From an uncultured bacterium (GTDB taxonomy: Bacteria > Cyanobacteriota > Cyanobacteriia > PCC-6307 > Cyanobiaceae), in NCBI GenBank assembly GCA_964352195.1, contig CAYGQY010000002.1:1-24722 (forward strand): a stretch of 24,722 bases of DNA, in the 5' to 3' direction. Position numbers and translations under genes: made by a program. The notes below the pieces were generated by a model. The model was given only the letters and a program-made list of their open reading frames with translations, did no database searches and was not told the origin of the DNA. Below, in pieces: positions 16,781 to 24,722 of the stretch. The number at the start of each line of letters is the position of its first letter. Position 1 is the first letter of the stretch.

Positions 16781-19315
16781 ATGACTGGCAGCACCTTGCC
16801 CCAACCACGACGTTTCGAGCCCCTGGGCCTGCCTGACCCATCCAGCTACAGAGATCCTCAGCGCACTGGCCTGACCTCAAACGATCTGTTCGATGGCATC
16901 ACGGAGCACTTGTTCTTCACATTGGGACGCCGCGCCAAGGACGCGAATCGGCATGACCTCTACATGGCTCTCAGCTATGCGGTGAGGGACCGATTGATAA
17001 CTCGCCATCTGGCCTATAAGGATACCCTTCAGGTGCAGCAACCCAAGGCTGTAGCCTATCTCTCGGCTGAGTTCCTGATTGGCCCACAGCTTGAAAACAA
17101 TTTGCTAATGCTCGGTATTCAGCAGGAAGCTGCCCAGGCCTTGCAACGTTTCGGCATCCAGAACTTCGAGGAGATCCTGGTAGAAGAAGAGGAACCTGGC
17201 TTGGGGAATGGAGGTCTGGGTCGCCTTGCTGCCTGCTACATGGAATCCCTTGCCACACTAGAGATTCCGGCTACTGGCTACGGCATTCGCTATGAGTTTG
17301 GGATCTTCGATCAAATCATCCAAGACGGTTGGCAGGTGGAAATCACCGACAAGTGGCTCAAAGGTGGATGGCCCTGGGAACTTGTCCAGCCCGAGAAGTT
17401 CTGCCAGGTGGGCTTTGGTGGCCATATTGAGCAGCACCAGGACGACAACGGCCATCACCAAGTGCAATGGTTCCCTGACGAGACAGTGACCGGGATTCCG
17501 CATGATGTTCCCATCTTGGGTTATCGAGTCAATACCTGCGATCGGCTGCGTCTCTGGCAAGCCGAAGCTGCTGTGTCCTTCGACTTTCAGGCGTTCAACT
17601 CAGGGGACTATTGCCGAGCCGTGGAAGAGAAGGTGGCCTCGGAGACTCTCTCCAAGGTGTTGTATCCAAATGACGGCACTGATGCGGGGCGCCGGCTGCG
17701 GCTCAAGCAGCAGTATTTCTTCGTCAGTTGCTCATTGCAGGACATGCTCCGCAGCCTGACCCAACGGGGCATTCCGGTGCAGGACTTCCACGACCACTGG
17801 GCAGTTCAGCTGAACGACACCCACCCCGCGATCGCCGTCGCCGAATTGATGCGCCTGCTAGTCGATCAACATCGTCTGGCATGGGACTCGGCTTGGGATA
17901 TTACCACCCGTTCGCTGAGCTATACCAATCACACTCTCTTACCCGAGGCCCTGGAGAAGTGGGATCTGGAGTTATTCCGGTCGCTGCTCCCGCGCCACCT
18001 ACAACTCATCTATGAGATCAATGGCCGATTCCTGCAGCAGGTGAGGCTTCACTGTCCGGGCGACAATGAGATCCTTCGCCGCATCTCAATCATCGACGAG
18101 GAGGGGAGCAAGACCGTGCGTATGGCCAATCTGGCCACCGTTGGCTGCCACCACGTCAACGGGGTGGCGGCACTGCACAGCAAACTGGTCAAGACCAGCT
18201 TGTTCCCCGATTTCGCCCGGCTCTGGCCGGGGAAATTCACCAATGTCACCAATGGGGTGACCCCCCGTCGCTGGTTGGCTTTGGCGAACCCGCCATTGAA
18301 CGATCTGCTGAGCGAGATGATTGGTGCTGACTGGCCAGGACGGCCCGATTCCTTGCGGGAGTTGGTCAGCTATGAAAACGATCCTTCCTTCCTGGAGCGC
18401 TGGGCGGCCTGCAAGCTCAGCTGCAAACGCCGGCTGGCAGTAATCGTGGATCAGCAATCCAGTGTGCTAGTGGATCCCACGACCCTGTTCGATATCCAGG
18501 TCAAGCGGATCCATGAATACAAGCGCCAGCATCTTAATGCTCTGCAGGTGATTGCTCAGTACCTACGCATCAAGCACGGAATGACGGACGGAATGGTGCC
18601 GAGGACCGTCATCTTTGGTGGCAAAGCAGCTCCTGGCTATACGATGGCCAAGCTGATCATCCGCTTCATCAATGGCATTGCAGAAGTGGTCAACAACGAC
18701 CCCGATGTTCGTGGCTTATTGAATGTGGTCTTCCTCGCCGACTACAATGTGAAATTGGGTGAAAGAGTTTATCCAGCGGCAGACCTGTCCGAGCAGATCT
18801 CCACAGCCGGTCTGGAGGCTTCCGGCACAGGAAACATGAAGTTCACGATGAACGGCGCCCTCACGATTGGGACTCTAGATGGCGCTAATGTCGAAATCCG
18901 TGAGCAGGTGGGAGCCGACAACTTCTTCCTGTTTGGCAAGACAACCGAGCAAATTGCCCAGCTGCGTGAGCACTATCGTCCTTGGGAGCTGTTGGAAACG
19001 ATGCCTTTGGTGAAGGAGGCCTTCTCGCTGATCGGGAAAGGCCACTTCAGCAACGGAGACTGTGATCTCTTCAGGCCTCTGGTCGACAATATTCTCGGTC
19101 ACGACCCCTACCTAGTTTTGGCCGATTTCAGCGACTATCTCGGCACCCAGGATACCGTTAGCAAAACTTGGTCCCAACGACCAAAGTGGAACCACAAATC
19201 TCTGATCAATTCGGCACTCAGTGGCTTCTTCTCGTCAGACCGCTCAGTTACAGAGTACGCCGAGCGCATCTGGAGGGTTAACCCCCTGCATGTAGTGATG
19301 TCAGACGGAGATTGA
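16781..19315 (+). CDS. glgP: Mirror copy of glycogen phosphorylase
   Basis: Reverse complement of 5408-7942. Confidence 0.97.
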   Translation: MTGSTLPQPRRFEPLGLPDPSSYRDPQRTGLTSNDLFDGITEHLFFTLGRRAKDANRHDLYMALSYAVRDRLITRHLAYKDTLQVQQPKAVAYLSAEFLIGPQLENNLLMLGIQQEAAQALQRFGIQNFEEILVEEEEPGLGNGGLGRLAACYMESLATLEIPATGYGIRYEFGIFDQIIQDGWQVEITDKWLKGGWPWELVQPEKFCQVGFGGHIEQHQDDNGHHQVQWFPDETVTGIPHDVPILGYRVNTCDRLRLWQAEAAVSFDFQAFNSGDYCRAVEEKVASETLSKVLYPNDGTDAGRRLRLKQQYFFVSCSLQDMLRSLTQRGIPVQDFHDHWAVQLNDTHPAIAVAELMRLLVDQHRLAWDSAWDITTRSLSYTNHTLLPEALEKWDLELFRSLLPRHLQLIYEINGRFLQQVRLHCPGDNEILRRISIIDEEGSKTVRMANLATVGCHHVNGVAALHSKLVKTSLFPDFARLWPGKFTNVTNGVTPRRWLALANPPLNDLLSEMIGADWPGRPDSLRELVSYENDPSFLERWAACKLSCKRRLAVIVDQQSSVLVDPTTLFDIQVKRIHEYKRQHLNALQVIAQYLRIKHGMTDGMVPRTVIFGGKAAPGYTMAKLIIRFINGIAEVVNNDPDVRGLLNVVFLADYNVKLGERVYPAADLSEQISTAGLEASGTGNMKFTMNGALTIGTLDGANVEIREQVGADNFFLFGKTTEQIAQLREHYRPWELLETMPLVKEAFSLIGKGHFSNGDCDLFRPLVDNILGHDPYLVLADFSDYLGTQDTVSKTWSQRPKWNHKSLINSALSGFFSSDRSVTEYAERIWRVNPLHVVMSDGD

Positions 19316-19588
19316 TTCAGAGTGTGCTGATCTTTTCTCAAGCGGACTGCCGCCTTCCCCATTGTTATTCAGTGAGTCCTTTTGGCTCAGTTGGGCTTCC
19401 GGCCGAGAGGGGCGTCATGTGAAAGAAGCCCTGCAGGAGATGTCCGGCCTTGGGATGGTAGAGCCTGTCCTGCTCATTCGTTAGGCTACGACCTCCGCAC
19501 TGAAGACATACGTAGGTGTTTATTGACACCCTCGGGCTCGAGTTAACTCATTCGCAACTCATTGGCAATTTCCCATAGGCACCACTCA

Positions 19589-19801
19589 ATGTCCTGTCCA
19601 AGCTGAGGTACACATGCCTTCTATCATGATAATGACCTGGAACAGCTCAGATCTTTTATTGACTCCGGCCTGGGGGACCAGCGCGATCTCCAGGTGCTCG
19701 CCGAGTCACTCGCCCATCAGCTCGATGCCGGACTGGCAAGAGAATTGCCCTGCCTCCACGGAGCCCTCAACGCCAGCATTGATCTGCATTGGCATGCCTG
19801 A
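19589..19801 (+). pseudogene. Mirror copy of the hidden MSCPS*G ORF
   Basis: ATG TCC TGT CCA AGC TGA GGT... from 19589, stop TGA at 19799-19801. Confidence 0.55.
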
Positions 19802-19889
19802 TCGACCCATGCCCACCGCCTGATGGACTCAGGCAGCCGCCGCGGTTTCTACGAGTCCCTGCACGAGAAATGTTTTGGAGCTATCGAGG

Positions 19890-21785
19890 ATGGTCGGAGC
19901 TGCTCCTGTGCTCGTCTGCGGTCTGGGCTCCCTCGGTCAGGCCTGTCTGGATCGCCTGTTCAGCTTCGGTGTGCCCTTGCGCTGCCTGGATGTGCGGGTT
20001 CCACACTGGCGGGATCAGCGGCTGGCTGAGCGGCTGAGCGAGGAGATGGTGCTGGGAGACATGCGTGAGGCCCAGGCTCTAAGGCGCGCGGGGGCCCATC
20101 AAGCCCGGGCCGTGATGCTGCTCACGCCTGATGCGACGGTGAATCTAGAAGCGGCTCTGCAGGTACGCCTGCTCAACCCAGAGGCTCAGGTTGTGGTTCG
20201 CTCCTCCAGCCAGTCAGCTGACCTGGCCGCCCTGCTGGAGGATCGACTGCCGGGGATCGCGGTGGTTGATCCCGTGCTGCTCACGGCCAGTGCCATCAAT
20301 GCCGCAGTGCATCCTGGTCCTTTCGATGCCTGCTTTTTGGCGGATGGTCAACGCTACGCGATCATCAAGGCTCCATGGAGCGACCACCACCTCCAGCGAC
20401 GGATTCACCTGAGCCCCAACGCAACGGGCGGGCCCGAAGTCCTGCTGACCCCCGCCTCTTGCCTCACCGGCTCCGCCCGTGAATCCAGCGAAGGCTCTGG
20501 GCCATTGTCGAGACGGATCTCACCGAGCCTCCTGAGACGGTTGAAGCGGCTGATCTCCGTCGCGCCACTCATGCGCTGGTGGTTGGCGCGCCCCCCCCGG
20601 CTGCTTGGTGTCATCGCACTGTTGTTAGGCCTTCTGCTAGTGGGTTTGGGGCTCTTTTCCCGCTCCGGGGGGTGGAAGCAGGGGACATTCGTCACCCTGT
20701 CTCTGTTGAAGGGAGAGTACGTGGACCCAGTGAACGTGGTTCTGGAGGGCAAACAGGGTCTGCAGGCGATGAATGGCTGGCTGATCGGGGGCACGCTGTT
20801 GTATTCCCTGATCGGCACGCTGCTCACCTCGGCGCTGGTGGCAGTGATCCTGGAGCGTCTTTTACGGGAACGGCTGGGAGTTCCCGTTTCCAGAGTTCTA
20901 GGACGCCACGCCCAGCCGGTTCTGCTCGTGGACGGCGCTGCGCTAGCCCGACGAGTGGGGGGTGAGCTGCGCGCCGAAACAATCCCCGTAGTGCGGGTGC
21001 AGGCAGAAGGGGATCCCCTGGCGGACCCTCGTACTCCCACTTATCGCGTCCTGTTGGAAGCCGTCAACGACCTCGTGCGGCATGAGCTACTGGCCGCTGC
21101 CTTTCTGTCGAGTGATTTGCTTATGAATCTGCACGGCGCTCTCGCCGTTCAGAGGCACTGGCCGGACACCCGCTTGGTGATCCTCGCCCATGATTTTGGT
21201 GCTGCCGAACCACTGGGCGAGATGCTCGGTGGCCTAACCGTGATCTCTACTGTTGATCTGGTGGCCGATTCCGTGGTTGCCACAGCCTTCGGTGAGCGGG
21301 TGGAGGGGGTGCTCCGAATCGGCTCCAACAACCTGCTCCTGGTGAGGTATCAGTTGGTCAGCGGGGACACCCTCTGTGGAAACAGTATTGCGCGACTGGA
21401 GAACGGCTACGGCGTCACCGTGGTGTCACTGCGACGCCACCGCTCCCACACCCACCTTTCGCTTCCCCCCAACCAGCTGATGCTTGATGCCGGCGACCAA
21501 CTGCTTGTCCTGGCCACGATGGCGGGGCTGCGACGGATCGAAGGAGGGATTGCCAGTGCGCCCGATAGCCGGTTGCGTATCCGGGGCCCCGTTCACGTCT
21601 CCCCTGAATCGCTCTTCGAGCTGCATCAACTGCTGGCCCGCCGCATGGGTTGCGCGATCGGCGACGTGGTCCACCTGCTCGACGGCGGCACGCACCTTTC
21701 GCCGTTACTGGATCGGGACGTGGCCGAGCAACTCCGCGAAGAGCTGGGCCGCTTCAGCATCGGCTGCGAGCTGATCGAATCTTAA
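19890..21785 (+). CDS. Mirror copy of RCK/TrkA channel-like protein
   Basis: Reverse complement of 2938-4833. Confidence 0.85.
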   Translation: MVGAAPVLVCGLGSLGQACLDRLFSFGVPLRCLDVRVPHWRDQRLAERLSEEMVLGDMREAQALRRAGAHQARAVMLLTPDATVNLEAALQVRLLNPEAQVVVRSSSQSADLAALLEDRLPGIAVVDPVLLTASAINAAVHPGPFDACFLADGQRYAIIKAPWSDHHLQRRIHLSPNATGGPEVLLTPASCLTGSARESSEGSGPLSRRISPSLLRRLKRLISVAPLMRWWLARPPRLLGVIALLLGLLLVGLGLFSRSGGWKQGTFVTLSLLKGEYVDPVNVVLEGKQGLQAMNGWLIGGTLLYSLIGTLLTSALVAVILERLLRERLGVPVSRVLGRHAQPVLLVDGAALARRVGGELRAETIPVVRVQAEGDPLADPRTPTYRVLLEAVNDLVRHELLAAAFLSSDLLMNLHGALAVQRHWPDTRLVILAHDFGAAEPLGEMLGGLTVISTVDLVADSVVATAFGERVEGVLRIGSNNLLLVRYQLVSGDTLCGNSIARLENGYGVTVVSLRRHRSHTHLSLPPNQLMLDAGDQLLVLATMAGLRRIEGGIASAPDSRLRIRGPVHVSPESLFELHQLLARRMGCAIGDVVHLLDGGTHLSPLLDRDVAEQLREELGRFSIGCELIES

Positions 21786-21875
21786 CGTCACCTCGAATAC
21801 CTCTATGGGTGGGATGGACGTCATCCCCGGTCTGGACAACACGGCTGAGTGGTGGCTTCCTGAGGAGACCAGCGG

Positions 21876-22100
21876 ATGATGGCCATGCCGTTATTTCTAC
21901 TCAGAGACGGTGCAATCCGTCGCTTCCGGGTGGTGCCGGAGGGACTGGAGCTCGCCCCCTATCAGGATGCTCTTCAGCGCCGAGTGCACGTCGTGCTGGA
22001 TTCAAGCAGTGAACGGCGGTTGCTGGAGGCCCAACCACCGGTGCAGCGAACCAGCCGGAGGGTCCAGGGGGCCAGCAGGTTGGGTGCCCAGGCCGCCTAG
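21876..22100 (+). CDS. Mirror copy of 74-aa hypothetical protein
   Basis: Reverse complement of 2623-2847. Confidence 0.45.
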   Translation: MMAMPLFLLRDGAIRRFRVVPEGLELAPYQDALQRRVHVVLDSSSERRLLEAQPPVQRTSRRVQGASRLGAQAA

Positions 22101-22144
22101 CTGTCAAGTTCCATGAGGTTCATGCTCCTATGCATCGACTACCC

Positions 22145-23178
22145 TGACGTGACCCCCTTCATTAGTCCAGGCCGAATGAGAGTGGGTGGTCATGCTGCAG
22201 CTGGTGAGCTGACTTCCAGGGGCGCATCCCCCTGGAAGTCAGCAAGGGGCCTGACAGTGTTAGGCTCCCATAGCCAACGATTGGCCAGGCCCCTGCGCCT
22301 CGGCCACCATGGCGAACAGCACTGTGATGAGGAACTCATCCCTGAACCGGCTGTTGAACGACTCGTATATACCGTTCTGCCAGGGTGATCCAGGCTCGAT
22401 GTAGCCATGGTGGTACCGCTGCTCTTGCACCAGCCCCGTAGAGCTTGAGCGATGAACTCAGGCCCGTTATCGGACCGGATGAATGCAGGTGCGGGGTGGA
22501 GACTGGTGAGCTCCTCCAGCACCGCCACCACATCCTTGGCCTTGCAGCGCCTGTCCACCCGGATGGCCAGGCAGAAGCCGCTGTGCTCATCGATCACGTT
22601 CAGAAACTTGAGCCTGCGGCCATCAGCGGTGGCATCGAACTGGAAGTCCATGCCCCACACCTGGTGGGGATGCTCGCCCCGGTGGCGCCGGACCGAGCCG
22701 TCTGCGGGCCGTGCCCGCTTTCGCTTCCTGGGACTGGGCCGCTGCAGGCCTTCCTCCCGCCACAGCAGGCGATAGGCCACTCGGCGACCCCAGCGGATGT
22801 ACTCAGCGGCGATCTCCCGCAGACGATCCCTGAGCTTGGCCTCCTCGATGGAGACGACCTTGCCGCTGTGGCGCTGGGTGCTGCGGTGTTGGCCCACCAC
22901 CCGGCAGGCCAGGCGTTCTGATGCCCGGAAACGCTCCTGCAGGACCATGACGGCCCTGTCGCAGCGCACCGGCGTTCCGGGCTCAGAAGTTTCCCACCTC
23001 AAGACCCTACTGCTTTGCAGAAGCCAAGGGCTACAGCATCGCCTATTCCAGTTCTGCCTTCGCCAGCAGCTTCTTGAGCCGGGCGTTCTCCTTCTCCAGC
23101 TGGGTCAGCCGTCTGGCCTCCTTGTCTGGCCGGCTGAGGACTCTCATTCACCCTGGACCGGTTTTCGGGGCCCCGTCA
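22145..23178 (-). mobile_element. Mirror copy of IS3 element B
   Basis: Reverse complement of 1545-2578. Confidence 0.9.
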
Positions 23179-23182
23179 CTCT

Positions 23183-23382
23183 GACAATCGTCGGGTGCCC
23201 ATCAGTCCTCAGCAACTGCAGCGAGATCTGGTCTTCTGGATTGTGGGCTATTACAACCGCGAAAGGCAACACTCGTCGATCGGTTACCTCGGTCCGATCG
23301 ACTACGAGCAGCAGTTCATCGCTATCCGTACACTCACCCCTGCGAACCCCTGATCGGTGTCCATGAAATCGGGGGAACCCCA
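23183..23382 (+). mobile_element. Mirror copy of IS3 remnant A
   Basis: Reverse complement of 1341-1540. Confidence 0.84.
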
Positions 23383-23466
23383 CCTACACAACCTGAGAGA
23401 CGTCACGCAACCTCACTTCGTGCTGGGGGGCCATCAGCGAGGGCAGGTTCCTATCCCGGCCATGCC

Positions 23467-24411
23467 TCAAGAGGGCGCTATCGAACGCACCCTGTGCTCC
23501 TGCGGGCTGATTCCGCGGACGCGCTTGAAGGCTGTGCTCAGCGCGAAAGGGGTGCTGTAGCCCAAGGCGTTGGCAACCGTGCCGACTGTGGCCTCCGGGT
23601 CGCAGAGCATGTCGGCGGCGAGCGCGAGTCGCCAGCTGGTCAGGAACTTCATCGGCGACTCCCCGACAACGTCCTGGAACCGCCGTGAGAGCGCGGCGCG
23701 CGAGGCCCCGACCTCCCGCGAGAGCTTCGCGAGCGTCCAGGGGCATGCCGGGTCGTCGTGCATCGCCTGCAGCGCACGACTCACCACCGGGTCGCTCTGC
23801 GCCCGATACCAGGTCGGGCTGTCGGCATCGGGTCGGGTGAACCAGGCGCGCAGGATCGCGATCAGCAGGAGGTCGATCAGACGGTCCAGCACGGCGGCCT
23901 GGCCAGGACCCTCCTTGGCCATCTCGTCGCACAGCAGGGCGATGAGCGGCGAATTCCACGTGTCGTTCGACAGCGACAGAACCGGCGGCAGGGCGCGCAG
24001 CAGTCGGTCGCTGATGTCGCTGGTCGACTCGTAGGCGCCGACGAGCATCAGCGTCGAACCGTTCGGGTCGTTGCCCCAGGTCCGGGCGCCGTGCATCAGC
24101 TCAGCCTCGATCGACTCGCCGTCGCGGTTGCAGCAGCGCTGGCCGGGGTGGATCACAATCTCGGGCACCGTCGCCGGATCGTCCGCGACGTTGTAGTGAG
24201 CCGGTGCGCGGGTCACGGCGACATCACCGGCGACAAGGCGCACCGGCTGGCCGTCGTCGGGGACGACCCAAGCGTGTCCGCGCACGATCGCCAGCACCGT
24301 GATGGGGGACTCGGCGAGGATCCGCAGCGACCACGGCGGCGTCATCACGGTGCGGAGCGAGAAGGCGCCCCGCGCGCGCGGACCGTCGAGCAGACCTGCG
24401 AATGGATCCAT
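23467..24411 (-). CDS. Mirror copy of AraC regulator
   Basis: Reverse complement of 312-1256. Confidence 0.92.
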   Translation of the reverse strand: MDPFAGLLDGPRARGAFSLRTVMTPPWSLRILAESPITVLAIVRGHAWVVPDDGQPVRLVAGDVAVTRAPAHYNVADDPATVPEIVIHPGQRCCNRDGESIEAELMHGARTWGNDPNGSTLMLVGAYESTSDISDRLLRALPPVLSLSNDTWNSPLIALLCDEMAKEGPGQAAVLDRLIDLLLIAILRAWFTRPDADSPTWYRAQSDPVVSRALQAMHDDPACPWTLAKLSREVGASRAALSRRFQDVVGESPMKFLTSWRLALAADMLCDPEATVGTVANALGYSTPFALSTAFKRVRGISPQEHRVRSIAPS

Positions 24412-24562
24412 GGCCGGCACGGTATTGGCTGGACGCTCGGATATGGAACTGAGCATCTCGGCGATGGCCCAGGCGGCGCTCCCCGCAGAGGATTCAGGGG
24501 CGCCCTCAACAGGCTCGGCAGGCCGGGCTGGGGGTGAGACCCACGACCACGCCATCCACCTC

Positions 24563-24722
24563 ATGCAGAACACGAATCGCAACGGAACGACCCTGGTGAT
24601 CGGAGCGAGCGGCAAGACCGGCCGTCGCGTCACGGACCGCCTCATCGCCCAGGGACGGCGGGTCCGGCCCGTCTCCCGCTCCACGCAGCCGCGCTTCGAC
24701 TGGCAGGACGACAGCACCTGGG
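24563..24722 (+). CDS. Mirror copy of partial NmrA-like gene
   Basis: Reverse complement of 1-160. Confidence 0.85.
   Translation, partial: MQNTNRNGTTLVIGASGKTGRRVTDRLIAQGRRVRPVSRSTQPRFDWQDDSTW

Larger units (their letters stand above)
1..24722. repeat. Perfect whole-window inverted duplication (arms 1-12361 and 12362-24722, zero spacer)
   Basis: The centre reads ...GCCGGGCAGG|CCTGCCCGGC... at 12361/12362. The start CCCAGGTG is the reverse complement of the end CACCTGGG. Every ORF in the track has an identical mirror with coordinates summing to 24723. Confidence 0.99.

Noticed and set aside
12362-24722. Two copies of glgP, integrase, tRNA and the other genes as real gene dosage amplification
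   Set aside because: The copies are exact mirrors and are explained by the single fold-back event.

Overview
The window is one perfect 24,722-bp palindrome. Bases 12362-24722 are the reverse complement of 1-12361 (mirror coordinate = 24723 - x), with no spacer, and the fold falls inside trpA. Only about 12.4 kb is unique, and the duplication is most likely a fold-back read, amplification or assembly artifact. The unique arm looks like a GC-rich picocyanobacterial (Cyanobium/Synechococcus-type) locus. A core block of trpA (truncated), DUF3007, ndhL and an intronless tRNA-Leu(UAA) is followed by a decaying tRNA-targeted genomic island. The island carries a tyrosine integrase with clustered upstream repeats, a frameshifted excisionase-like HTH gene that the ORF track misses, three IS3-family remnants, a lower-GC glycogen phosphorylase, a GAF/pyruvate-kinase-like pseudogene, a hidden 70-codon ORF with an in-frame TGA in a CxxC-like position, and an RCK/TrkA channel-like protein with a non-canonical pore motif. 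The outer end (about 1-1260) is an AraC regulator plus a divergent NmrA-like NAD(P)H-binding gene of actinobacterial appearance, either horizontally transferred or a second chimeric junction. Family assignments come from motif recognition only; no database searches were run.
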